63,018 nucleotides of DNA, taken from the IMG/VR virus record IMGVR_UViG_3300009119_000001, positions 1 to 63,018 of that record. One strand, written 5' to 3'. The notes beneath the pieces are model-generated. The model was not told the DNA's origin, did not search any database, and saw only the letters and a program-made list of their open reading frames with translations. Positions 37,527 through 46,678 of this stretch are shown here, piece by piece. A program made the translations under genes and the position numbers. The stretch's first letter is position 1, and each line of letters starts with the position of its first letter. Source of the DNA: an uncultured virus (IMG/VR IMGVR_UViG_3300009119_000001). Its lineage: Duplodnaviria; Heunggongvirae; Uroviricota; Caudoviricetes.

Positions 37527-37723
37527 CAGATGAGGAACTTAAAGCGCTAGTTAAAGTGGCGGGTGGAGATTTGGTAGGCATTCACTCACTGCCTCATACT
37601 ATAAATGAAAAGCTCGTGGCAATGTATGTAGTAGAGACAGAATACGACACTCACCGGTTCTTTACCACAGACCATGACGACGCAGCACAAACAATAATAG
37701 CAGCATTAAACATTAGGAGTTAA
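37523..37723 (+). CDS. hypothetical protein
   Basis: ATGA overlap. Confidence 0.55.
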   Translation: MTDEELKALVKVAGGDLVGIHSLPHTINEKLVAMYVVETEYDTHRFFTTDHDDAAQTIIAALNIRS

Positions 37724-37725
37724 AC

Positions 37726-38013
37726 ATGAGTGATGGAATGAGTGATGAAATGTGGGAAGTTAATGAAAACTGGGTAAATGCGGAAGAAAATATGGTCGAA
37801 CATATAGAAATAACAGCGATAGATGCGCACTATACTAAGTTGGCAATTCAGCCGATAGAGTACTCAATGCACAATAAGCTGGACCCGATGCAGCACACGA
37901 TAATCAAATACGTGACCCGGTTTAGAGATAAAGGCGGGAAGCGCGACCTACTTGCGGCACGACATACACTTGATATGTTGATCGAGTATGAATATCCAGA
38001 AGGAGAATTTTAA
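37726..38013 (+). CDS. DUF3310 / T7 gp1.7-like nucleotide kinase-like protein
   Basis: HY....IQPIEY....IIKYVTRFRDKGG..DL..A.H.L. Confidence 0.75.
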   Translation: MSDGMSDEMWEVNENWVNAEENMVEHIEITAIDAHYTKLAIQPIEYSMHNKLDPMQHTIIKYVTRFRDKGGKRDLLAARHTLDMLIEYEYPEGEF

Positions 38014-38175
38014 ATGAACGAAGCAAATGGAACGCTCCCAGAGTGGATGTGGTGGGATAGAGGCAACTGTGTGGTGAAGGTTTTAAGGATGGGGCATTTT
38101 CCTACAACAGTTATGGTGAAGTTACCGGATGATAAAACATCAGAGATTGAGGTAGTGGAGCTTAGAGTGCCATGA
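38014..38175 (+). CDS. 53-aa hypothetical protein
   Basis: Absent from the ORF track. MNEANGTLPEWMWW...ELRVP; RBS AAGGAG; fills the gap exactly. Confidence 0.6.
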   Translation: MNEANGTLPEWMWWDRGNCVVKVLRMGHFPTTVMVKLPDDKTSEIEVVELRVP

Positions 38176-38627
38176 AAATTAAACGGATTATGGGAAGTGG
38201 GATGACTCGGCTAGAGATATTGCACCATAGTGACGAGATACGGCAGCAGGTGTTTGACCATATATGTGTTACAGGGTATGGGACAGTTGGTAATCTAGCT
38301 AGGCTGTTCAATATAACCAGAGATCAGACTCGTAGCCATTTACGAAATCTACTTGCAACTAAGACTATAGAAATGATAAACCCACGAGGTAAGGGCTTTA
38401 CTTCAGATGCATACTACATACCGACAGGAAGGCACTACTATCCACCTGATCGTGAAGCTAAAGTAGAACAAGCACCAAAGAACATAATCCCCGGGGCTAG
38501 GCAGATTAGGTTGCTTGATAAAAAGCCAACGCCTATGACCCCACAAGAACGCAGACGGTTACAAAGCAACAGAGGACATGTATACGGCGTACGAGGCAGT
38601 AGCATGTCAATGTTCGAGGTATTTTAA
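38172..38627 (+). CDS. winged-HTH DNA-binding protein
   Basis: TVGNLARLFNITRDQTRSHLRNL HTH-like pattern. Confidence 0.55.
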   Translation: MKIKRIMGSGMTRLEILHHSDEIRQQVFDHICVTGYGTVGNLARLFNITRDQTRSHLRNLLATKTIEMINPRGKGFTSDAYYIPTGRHYYPPDREAKVEQAPKNIIPGARQIRLLDKKPTPMTPQERRRLQSNRGHVYGVRGSSMSMFEVF

Positions 38628-38801
38628 ATAGTAGGGTTGTTCCCATGTGACTTCCTTTCAAAATACCTAGGTCGGGCAACGTAACTGTGGGGTTATGCTA
38701 ATACACTTTATTCCCGCGAAAATGTGAGGTGTATTAGTTAAGGGTGGGGAACGTAATTCATAACACTTTAATAACTCAAAGACCAAATTAAGGAGAGACC
38801 T

Positions 38802-38990
38802 ATGAAAGATTTAGGAATAGTAGCGAACGTAATGGCGTGTTGCATGATGGGTGTGTTGCTTGTAGGCACATGGTTTGATGCATTAACCCGCGTACCAAAA
38901 GTAGAAGTTGTAACGTGTAGCATTACAATCGAGAACATGGCACGTAAATTGAATGTAACTTTATTAGACCAGTGTGAGGTGGTGAGATGA
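38802..38990 (+). CDS. small membrane protein
   Basis: RBS AAGGAG, N-terminal hydrophobic helix. Confidence 0.55.
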   Translation: MKDLGIVANVMACCMMGVLLVGTWFDALTRVPKVEVVTCSITIENMARKLNVTLLDQCEVVR

Positions 38991-39088
38991 ACATACTATT
39001 TTTGATTATAGCTTTTATTTGTATCATCACCGGGGCATATGGATGGGCGTGCTTTTGGTTGATACTAACTATTTTATGTTTGGAGTAG
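38987..39088 (+). CDS. 33-aa hydrophobic peptide
   Basis: Absent from the ORF track. MNILFLIIAFICIITGAYGWACFWLILTILCLE; ATGA overlap. Confidence 0.5.
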   Translation: MNILFLIIAFICIITGAYGWACFWLILTILCLE

Positions 39089-39092
39089 TGAG

Positions 39093-40781
39093 ATGAGTAA
39101 TATTTTTAAGATAAATTCTGCAAAACCCCCAGTTTTATACTCAATACATATATCCAGTGGCTATGGAGGAATAACTGAAGCAACAATGGAGGGCGTTGGC
39201 GAAAGTGAAGAAGATAAAAAAGCAATAATCGCAGACCTAGAAGTAATCATTAAAAGTATTGAGAAAACTTTAACAGGTAAAGGTGAATAGTATGAGTGAA
39301 CGTGAGGAATTTGAGAAGTGGTGGGAAGTTCAAGTAAATTCAGGAGGCATATCTAAGTATGATAAGCATGAACATCAAGCTACTTGGGATGACGCTTGTA
39401 AATACCAACAACAACGCATAGATGAATTGGTTAAGTTTAGTTCTGATTTGGTTGCTGAAAATGCTGGATATAAAAATAAAAATGACTTTCTACAAACCAT
39501 GCTGAACATAGCAGTCGAGGCTATGGAAAATTTAGTAAAAGTTAAAGGCAGACACAACACCGAGATTGCCTACAAGCGCATTGAAGAAGCCCTAAACCAA
39601 ATTAACAAATTGAAAGGTGAATAGTATGGAACATAAATGGCCTGTCATAGAACAACAAAAACTTTTAGCACTAAAAGACCGTGAAATTATGCGGTTACGT
39701 GAGGCTTTGGAAGCAGTCATGAGGTGTGAGTATGCTACAACCGAAAAAGAAGATTATATATTGGTAGATGACTGCCAATGCCTATTAGTAACAATAGAAG
39801 AAGTACGTAAAATTAAACAATCCCTATCCACCCCAACAACCTACGATGATTTAATGGCTTGGCATGAAGCGCAGTTGGGTGAGCCTGTGGCTTGTATTGA
39901 CCACATAGAAGGAATAAAGACTGTAGTTTGGAAAGAAAGAGATTATCCTGATATTGGTACTAAACTCTACGCTAAGAAAGGATAAATGATGGAACACCCA
40001 CAAAGAAAAAATATGCTATTAGCAGCAGATAACACAGACCAGTTGTTTGAGTGTGATGATTTAAGTTATAAATATAATATCGGTTTTGTTCTTACGCATC
40101 CACAATATAACTGGCGACCAGTGAAAACCACAAAGAAAATTAAGCGGTGGTTGTGGGCTGATAAGAATGGAAAAATCGCAGCTGGCTTATTTACAGAAAG
40201 TGAAATAGGGATTGAATCAAGATACACAATAAAACTACTATGGTCAGAGACAATTTTTGAGGTGGAAGAATGAGCGGACTAACAGTAATAAAGACACCAA
40301 GTAAAGGTGAGCAACACGAAGTTAAAGAGAAATTACAGGCATCCATTGATATGGAATACGATGAGGTGTTTATTATTGGTAACAAAGACGGGAGATTATA
40401 TACGACGTTTAGTGGGTATAAATCTATCGAGCAAAAACTGGGGCTGTTGGAGCTACTTAAACATAACATGATTGCTGCGGCAGGAGAGTCATAATGGCAC
40501 AACATAAATGGCACAAAGAAATTAAAGCGTGGGCTGATGGTGAAGAGATTGAGATGTACTTTAGACAATATGATGGATGGTCAGTAATAAAAAACCCAAC
40601 GTGGATTGATGATTGTGAATATCGCATTAAACCACAACCGAAAGAACCACAGTATTTGTATGTGTATAAAACTGTCAATGGAATTGAATTTGGTACAGTA
40701 GGGATGGCATTTATAGTTAATTCTTCAACGGACAAATTTGAATGTATTGGTAAGATAAAACTGGAGCTAGAAAATGACTGA
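39093..40781 (+). other. AT-rich cluster of six small coupled ORFs (39093-39290, 39292-39624, 39626-39985, 39986-40273, 40270-40494, 40494-40781)
   Basis: Tightly packed ORFs with RBSs; the last has the HKW..EIKAWADG..YRIKP phage motif. Confidence 0.6.
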
Positions 40782-41013
40782 TAAGGAAATGCGGCAGTTT
40801 ATTAGGGCAGAGGTTGTTAAGAAATACAAACGGATCAAAGCTTTTTGTAACGAAATGGACGCTTCGCCAAGTGTCGTAAGCTTTTGGTTTTCAGGGCGAA
40901 CTAACATGCCAGAACATGTGCTTAGTATGTTTGGGTTGGAACGAATTGAAACAGTAGAATACAGGGGGAAATCATGTACAGCTGCAACACAGCAAAACGA
41001 GAGTCAGTCGTAG
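40774..41013 (+). CDS. Cro/Xre-like HTH protein
   Basis: IKAFCNEMDASPSVVSFWFSGR..MP..VL..FGL. Confidence 0.6.
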   Translation: MTDKEMRQFIRAEVVKKYKRIKAFCNEMDASPSVVSFWFSGRTNMPEHVLSMFGLERIETVEYRGKSCTAATQQNESQS

Positions 41014-41165
41014 TATGTAAGACAACCGCATGGCCCGGGTTTAAGAGTGCACAGTATTGCAGGTTTGACCTACGGTATGACCCACTGCATCAAGGATTAG
41101 GATGTAAGGGCTGCAAGAGAGAATGGGATGTTACTTATCTGAGAAAGGTTGGGCTATTGAAATGA
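40974..41165 (+). CDS. small Cys-rich protein
   Basis: YSC.., YCRFD..GCKGC. Confidence 0.5.
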   Translation: MYSCNTAKRESVVVCKTTAWPGFKSAQYCRFDLRYDPLHQGLGCKGCKREWDVTYLRKVGLLK

Positions 41166-41767
41166 CTGATATGAAAAGGTGTGGACGGTGTGAAGAGGAC
41201 AAACCAATCACTGAATTTAACCGACATAGAGGTACAAAGGACGGACTTCAGTTTACGTGTAAGGCATGCAAAAAAGCAATGTCAGCTGCTTACTATATTA
41301 AAACTAAAGAAGTTCAGATTGAAAAAGGTAAGCGGTACCGTGAAGCTAACGCTGAAAAAGTAAGGGCTAGAACGAAAAGATATTACCAAGAGAACAAAGA
41401 AAAGATCTTAAATAGGAATAAAAACGAGCATACAAAATTGTATATGCGCACATACTATTTGAAACACAAAGACGAAATTGATGCGCGGGTGGCTCTATGG
41501 CGTAAAGATAACCCCGAAAAAGCAATAGAAATTGGTAGAAATTGGCGTGGAAAGTATCCAGAAAAGCATAAGGAAGCGACTAGAAATCACGCAAAGAAAA
41601 TGAGAGCAAACCTATCTGACAGTTATATAAAACAGGTATTTAACATAGGTAAGAAAGGTGGCTCTAGATTATGGGAAATCCCACAAGCACTTATAGAAGT
41701 GAAACGGCTACAACTTTTAATTAATAGGAGAGTAAAAAATGAAATCAGTAACCCAATTACGAGATGA
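41162..41767 (+). CDS. zinc-ribbon protein resembling an HNH/EndoVII N-terminus, without an evident nuclease domain
   Basis: CGRCEEDKPITEF..TKDGL..TCKAC followed by basic N.EK repeats. Confidence 0.6.
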   Translation: MTDMKRCGRCEEDKPITEFNRHRGTKDGLQFTCKACKKAMSAAYYIKTKEVQIEKGKRYREANAEKVRARTKRYYQENKEKILNRNKNEHTKLYMRTYYLKHKDEIDARVALWRKDNPEKAIEIGRNWRGKYPEKHKEATRNHAKKMRANLSDSYIKQVFNIGKKGGSRLWEIPQALIEVKRLQLLINRRVKNEISNPITR

Positions 41768-41933
41768 ATTATCAGATGTATTTGACCAACTTATGGCGGG
41801 CGATATAAAACCAAAAGAAGCAGGGGAACTTGCCAACGTAGCTGGTAAGATGATTAACAGTGCTAAGGTTCAACTTGAGTACTATGCGCTACGAAAAGAA
41901 ACCCCGAACATTGATTTCTTAAAAGGGGATTAG
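41739..41933 (+). CDS. small helical hypothetical protein
   Basis: RBS GGAG; LRDEL..VFDQL..G....A..AGKMINSAKVQ. Confidence 0.65.
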   Translation: MKSVTQLRDELSDVFDQLMAGDIKPKEAGELANVAGKMINSAKVQLEYYALRKETPNIDFLKGD

Positions 41934-41935
41934 TT

Positions 41936-42058
41936 ATGCTTAACGGTATGCTCGAGTACGTGCTATGTTATAGCGAAGCATTTTTCCTTGGGTTTGCTGT
42001 GGGGATCATTTGCTTTATGGTGAGTGATATAAAAAGGCAGACAAATGATAGACCGTAG
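41936..42058 (+). CDS. 40-aa membrane peptide
   Basis: Absent from the ORF track; contains AFFLGFAVGIICFMV. Confidence 0.5.
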   Translation: MLNGMLEYVLCYSEAFFLGFAVGIICFMVSDIKRQTNDRP

Positions 42059-42242
42059 GTTTCAGGTATATGACGGTGATGGGGAGTTGCTCAGAACTTT
42101 CACAACTAAGGTAGATGCATTAGAATACATAGAGAAGCGGCCTGAGTTCGTGCTTAAAGTTATTCCCAAAGCCAAACCAGTCAAGCCAGCTGAATCAGAT
42201 TACGACCGACTATTGCGATTAAACGGAGACGCATTACTATGA
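42045..42242 (+). CDS. hypothetical protein
   Basis: VYDGDGELLRTF..K.DA motif. Confidence 0.55.
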   Translation: MIDRRFQVYDGDGELLRTFTTKVDALEYIEKRPEFVLKVIPKAKPVKPAESDYDRLLRLNGDALL

Positions 42243-42466
42243 CAACATACAATGATATTACAGGTGACAAACTGCGCAGCAGGGTGAACAATAAAAGCTT
42301 TGAGGAGAACTTTGATGCCATCTTCAGGAAAGACAAAACTGAAGTGGGATACCCTCCACTTGCCCCCAATAAACCTGTGGAACCTACCGAAGACTGGGAT
42401 GAAAAACGGATTGACATCATCGGAAGCAACGGCCCAACCGGTGAACACTACGAAGGAACTAAATAA
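42239..42466 (+). CDS. hypothetical protein
   Basis: NDITGD.L.S.....F.ENFDAIF motif. Confidence 0.6.
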   Translation: MTTYNDITGDKLRSRVNNKSFEENFDAIFRKDKTEVGYPPLAPNKPVEPTEDWDEKRIDIIGSNGPTGEHYEGTK

Positions 42467-42467
42467 A

Positions 42468-42662
42468 ATGAGTGACCCAATTGACGATGCACAAGAACAC
42501 ATCGAGCGTGAAGAACGCATGCGTCGAAAATATCAGCCGCCGGCCAAGCTGGAAGTAGAGCCTACAGGGGAATGCCTAAATTGTTTTGAGCCTGTATCCG
42601 CTGGACATAGATGGTGTAATGCTGCATGTAGGGAAGACTGGGAACGCTGGAGAAAACAATGA
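42468..42662 (+). CDS. TraR-like C4 zinc-finger protein
   Basis: MSDPIDDAQE acidic N-terminal helix plus CLNC.EP....RWC...C. Confidence 0.65.
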   Translation: MSDPIDDAQEHIEREERMRRKYQPPAKLEVEPTGECLNCFEPVSAGHRWCNAACREDWERWRKQ

Positions 42663-42925
42663 CAGTAGTGACAGTGCACTTGAAGGACGGGGAGATATAC
42701 GCGGTGCAGTGTTTGGATTATGCGGGGGCTTTGACTAGTAACTTTCCGGAATTCATCCTAGAAAAAGTAGCTATTTTAAAGATGGTGGAGTCCGGGACCT
42801 TTGTCACGGGGGTTATGGGATCCAAAGTAAATCCAGAATATCTAATCCTGACCGTGTACCCCTATCAAGCTAAAAAACTAATGAAGCTAACAGGAGAGCA
42901 GAATGGCGCAGACGCCAGAACGTAA
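42659..42925 (+). CDS. hypothetical protein
   Basis: ATGA overlap. Confidence 0.55.
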   Translation: MTVVTVHLKDGEIYAVQCLDYAGALTSNFPEFILEKVAILKMVESGTFVTGVMGSKVNPEYLILTVYPYQAKKLMKLTGEQNGADART

Positions 42926-43205
42926 GGTAAAACAAAAAGTAGTAAAGATTTTAGAAGAGGCGGGAGCCTATTATTTTTACCCAGTTTCTGGGGGCTTCGG
43001 CAGTAGTGGAGTACCCGACATAGTATGTTGTTATAGCGGCGCCTTTATAGGTATCGAGTGCAAAGCTGGAACTAATACACCCACTGCACTGCAACTAAAG
43101 AACTTGTCACGTATAACAGAAACAGGCGGGCATTCCCTAGTGATCAACGAAACTAACATAGCCGATGTATCGGCGTGTCTAGCAAAAATAGGAGAAACAA
43201 AGTGA
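42903..43205 (+). CDS. VRR-NUC domain nuclease (resolvase-like)
   Basis: TPERKVK, SGVPDIV, FIGIECKA, PTALQ. Confidence 0.9.
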   Translation: MAQTPERKVKQKVVKILEEAGAYYFYPVSGGFGSSGVPDIVCCYSGAFIGIECKAGTNTPTALQLKNLSRITETGGHSLVINETNIADVSACLAKIGETK

Positions 43206-43453
43206 GAGTTAAGACTGGAGAGACCTCTGCAGGTAGGCGGGAAACGATCTTATCATTTATGAAAACCAGAAACTATATCAATGCAGATGCACTTTCGGAA
43301 GCATTGAATATGTCACGAAGATCTGCTTGTAGGTATTTGGCGAGTATGGTGGAGGATGGGTTTATTGAGGTTGTATTTACCGAGCCGACGTGGACATCAA
43401 AGCATCCAGTGAATCACTTTGCAATTGTAAACACATATAAACACTCGAGGTAG
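43202..43453 (+). CDS. winged-HTH protein
   Basis: ADALSEALNMSRRSACRYLASMVEDG; GTG start after GGAG. Confidence 0.6.
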   Translation: MRVKTGETSAGRRETILSFMKTRNYINADALSEALNMSRRSACRYLASMVEDGFIEVVFTEPTWTSKHPVNHFAIVNTYKHSR

Positions 43454-43461
43454 GAACAGCG

Positions 43462-43797
43462 ATGAGAAATGAGAATGAAGTATGCGCAGAAGTAGCCGCG
43501 CTTGTAGAACGCATGGGTATGTTTCCAGAAGAGTTCATAGGGCGGGAGACAGCGGCAAAGTGGGAATACATTTTATACGCAACGATAGAAAGAGACTCCA
43601 ACGCCAACCCACTGACTGAGGCTGAGACGGCGCTTGTCAAAAACAAGTTAGGTGAACTACGTCGAGAGCAAATTAAAAAAGACATACTAGAGGCCATAAT
43701 GCAGCCAAAAAATTACCAAGAAACATTAAACCCGTCAGGCACAGCCCTGCCCAAAAGAACACAGATGGACCTGTTTCAGGCTGAGGAGAATACATAA
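43462..43797 (+). CDS. hypothetical protein
   Basis: LVERM..FPEEF motif; coupled to the polymerase start. Confidence 0.6.
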   Translation: MRNENEVCAEVAALVERMGMFPEEFIGRETAAKWEYILYATIERDSNANPLTEAETALVKNKLGELRREQIKKDILEAIMQPKNYQETLNPSGTALPKRTQMDLFQAEENT

Positions 43798-45665
43798 TGC
43801 AATTAGTCACGCTGGATTTTGAAACATTTTATGATAAGGATTATAGCTTATCTAAAATCACAACCGAGGAGTACATCCGGGACTATAAGTTTCAGACAAT
43901 TTTATGTGGGGTAAAAATAAACAATGAGCAACCATACTGGGTCACTGGCACACATGAAGAAATCAAAACGAGTTTACAGGAGATCGATTGGGAAGACTCC
44001 GCGCTACTTGCGCACAATACGATGTTCGACGGTGCAATTCTCTCGTGGGTCTTTGACTGCCATCCCAAAGCTCTGCTTGATACTCTTAGTATGGCTCGTG
44101 CACTTCACGGTGTCGAAGTGGGTGGGTCGCTCAAAGCGTTAGCAGAACGGTATAACATTGGGGAGAAAGGCACTGAAGTACTACAGGCATTGGGCAAACG
44201 TAGGGAACACTTTTCAGGAGAAGAACTTAATCGGTACGCAGACTATTGTGTCAATGATGTGCAGCTTACTTATGACTTGTTCCAGATACTCAATGCGAAA
44301 TTCCCTAAGAAAGAATTGAAGGTCATTGACCTTACCCTACGTATGTTTACGGAACCTGCATTAGAACTTGATATGTTATTGCTAGAAGACCACATGCGAA
44401 GCACAGTGGCCAAAAAAGAAAAGCTACTCGCAGCGGCATTGGCTGATAAAGAAATGCTCATGTCCAACGATAAGTTTGCAAGCCTGTTACAGCAACTTGG
44501 GGTAGATCCACCACGCAAAATAAGTGCGAAGACTGGCAAGGAAGCTTGGGCTTTTGCAAAGACCGACGAAGAGTTTAAAGAGTTATTAGAACATTCGGAT
44601 CCACGAGTACAGGTATTAGTTTCTGCAAGGTTGGGTAACAAGTCCACACTAGAAGAAACACGTACGAAAAGATTCATAGATATTGCCAACCGCGGACTGA
44701 TGCCAGTACCTCTCAAATACTACGCAGCACACACCGGCCGGTGGGGAGGCTCAGATAAAATCAACCTTCAGAACCTACCATCACGTGGGCAAAACGCAAA
44801 CAAGTTGAAGAAGTCTATTAAAGCCCCCGAGGGATACGTCATGATTGACTGTGACTCATCTCAAATTGAAGCCCGAGTGCTTGCATGGCTGGCTGGACAG
44901 GACGACTTGGTTGAGTTCTTTAGGAACAACAATGAGGAGATCGCACGCAAGGTGCCTAAAGATCAGATGCAGTTTGACCCATACAAAATTATGGCTTCTC
45001 AGATATATGTTAAGCCAGTGAATGAGGTGGCTGATGGTGAACGCTTTGTAGGTAAGTCAACAATTCTGGGTAGTGGGTACGGCATGGGTGCAGAAAAGTT
45101 TCACGGTCAGTTAAAGATTGCTGGGGCTGAGTTACCTCCAGAGGAATGCAAACGGATTATCAATGTGTACCGTACTACGTACGATAAGATTCCAGCTTTG
45201 TGGAAACAAGCTCAGTCGTGTATTGATGCTATGATGACTGGTAGTGCCGCAAATCTAGGACGTGAAGGCGTTCTTTTGTTTGACCCAGTAGAGAAAGGCT
45301 TTCAACTACCGAACGGGTTATGGCAGAAGTACCCTACGTTGCAACAATCCACAAACAAAAACGGCTATCCTGAGTACAGTTACAAAACACGCAAAGGACC
45401 AGTGAAGTTATATGGAGGAAAGCTCGTTGAGAATCTATGCCAAGCGATTGCTCGGTGTATCATAGCGGAGCAGATGGTGTTAATTGCTAAAAGGTATCGT
45501 GCAGTATTGACAGTGCATGATGCGATTGGGTGCATAGCCCCAGAAGCAGAGAAAGATGAAGCTCGGGCATATATCGAGGAATGTATGCGGTATGTACCTA
45601 AATGGGCCACCGGCCTGCCGTTAAATTGTGAATCAGGTATGGGTTATAGTTATGGAGATTGTTAA
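43797..45665 (+). CDS. family A DNA polymerase with a 3'-5' exonuclease domain
   Basis: LDFET (ExoI), AHNTMFD (ExoII), YCVNDV (ExoIII), HTGRW, NLQNLP, DSSQIEAR (motif A), R..GK..LG.GYG (motif B), VHD (motif C). Confidence 0.95.
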   Translation: MQLVTLDFETFYDKDYSLSKITTEEYIRDYKFQTILCGVKINNEQPYWVTGTHEEIKTSLQEIDWEDSALLAHNTMFDGAILSWVFDCHPKALLDTLSMARALHGVEVGGSLKALAERYNIGEKGTEVLQALGKRREHFSGEELNRYADYCVNDVQLTYDLFQILNAKFPKKELKVIDLTLRMFTEPALELDMLLLEDHMRSTVAKKEKLLAAALADKEMLMSNDKFASLLQQLGVDPPRKISAKTGKEAWAFAKTDEEFKELLEHSDPRVQVLVSARLGNKSTLEETRTKRFIDIANRGLMPVPLKYYAAHTGRWGGSDKINLQNLPSRGQNANKLKKSIKAPEGYVMIDCDSSQIEARVLAWLAGQDDLVEFFRNNNEEIARKVPKDQMQFDPYKIMASQIYVKPVNEVADGERFVGKSTILGSGYGMGAEKFHGQLKIAGAELPPEECKRIINVYRTTYDKIPALWKQAQSCIDAMMTGSAANLGREGVLLFDPVEKGFQLPNGLWQKYPTLQQSTNKNGYPEYSYKTRKGPVKLYGGKLVENLCQAIARCIIAEQMVLIAKRYRAVLTVHDAIGCIAPEAEKDEARAYIEECMRYVPKWATGLPLNCESGMGYSYGDC

Positions 45666-46330
45666 TGATTAAGTACACGTGGTCCTATAGTAGTTTGAAT
45701 TTGTTTTTGCAGTGTCCGCACAAGTATTACAGGCTACGAGTAAAAAAGGATATTGTAGAACCCCCTGCAGAACACCTCAACTACGGGACTATGGTGCATG
45801 AAGCTGCCGAACTATACATGCGAGATGGCACACCAATTCCAGAGAAGTTCATATACATTCAAGAGCATCTAAAGCCATTGGAGCAAATACCCGGTGATAG
45901 GTATTGTGAGTACAAGATGGGGCTTAAAGAAGATCTAACTGCCTGTGATTTCTTTGACCCAGCGGTGTGGTGGAGAGGTGTTGCTGACTTACTTATTGTG
46001 CGAGACGATAAAGCTTTTCTGGTTGATTACAAAACAAGCAAGAGCAGTAAGTTTTCAGACACTAAGCAGCTTGAAATATTATCTTTAGCAGTATTTAAGC
46101 ACTTCCCACAGGTTGCTAAAATAAAGGCCGGGTTACTTTTCGTAGTTGCGAACGACTTTGTTAAGAGCGAATATCATAGTGATAACCAGCATATACACTG
46201 GATGAAATGGATAGAAGACACGAAACGTTTAGAGGGTGCAATTGAAAAACAAGTGTGGAATCCTAAGCCAAATTTTACGTGCTCGAAGTGGTGTCCTGTG
46301 GTAGACTGCCATCATAACGGTCGGAGTTAA
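45665..46330 (+). CDS. PD-(D/E)XK exonuclease (RecB/Cas4-like)
   Basis: WSYSSL..F.QCP, GT.VH, RGVADL, VDYKT, QL, C.WCPV..C. Confidence 0.85.
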   Translation: MIKYTWSYSSLNLFLQCPHKYYRLRVKKDIVEPPAEHLNYGTMVHEAAELYMRDGTPIPEKFIYIQEHLKPLEQIPGDRYCEYKMGLKEDLTACDFFDPAVWWRGVADLLIVRDDKAFLVDYKTSKSSKFSDTKQLEILSLAVFKHFPQVAKIKAGLLFVVANDFVKSEYHSDNQHIHWMKWIEDTKRLEGAIEKQVWNPKPNFTCSKWCPVVDCHHNGRS

Positions 46331-46342
46331 CAGGAGGTTTTT

Positions 46343-46582
46343 ATGCCACCGAAGGTACGTGATTACAAACGGGAATACACATTACAGCAAGAACGAGGCG
46401 AACTGCCAAATCGAATGGAACGTCAACGTGCACGACGAACCTTAGATAAAAAAGGCGTTAGCCGCAAAGGTAAAGATGTGTCTCATGTGAAGGCCCTAAG
46501 CAAAGGGGGCTCGAATTCAGATGGGTATTACCTAGAAGCACCAAGTAAAAATAGAGCAAGAAACTACAAAAAGAAAAAGTAA
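46343..46582 (+). CDS. small HNH-like protein
   Basis: GKDVSHVKALSKGGSN......NRARN. Confidence 0.65.
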   Translation: MPPKVRDYKREYTLQQERGELPNRMERQRARRTLDKKGVSRKGKDVSHVKALSKGGSNSDGYYLEAPSKNRARNYKKKK

Positions 46583-46678
46583 TGTGCTAATGTAGCACCG
46601 ATTGACCCACGTAACGGGTCATTTCTACACCATCAAAATCACCTTTTGGTGTGTTTAGCTATTGTTGACGGGGGTATC

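Noticed and set aside
45665-46330. Cas4-like nuclease as evidence of a CRISPR system
   Set aside because: Stand-alone PD-(D/E)XK exonucleases are routine in phage replication modules
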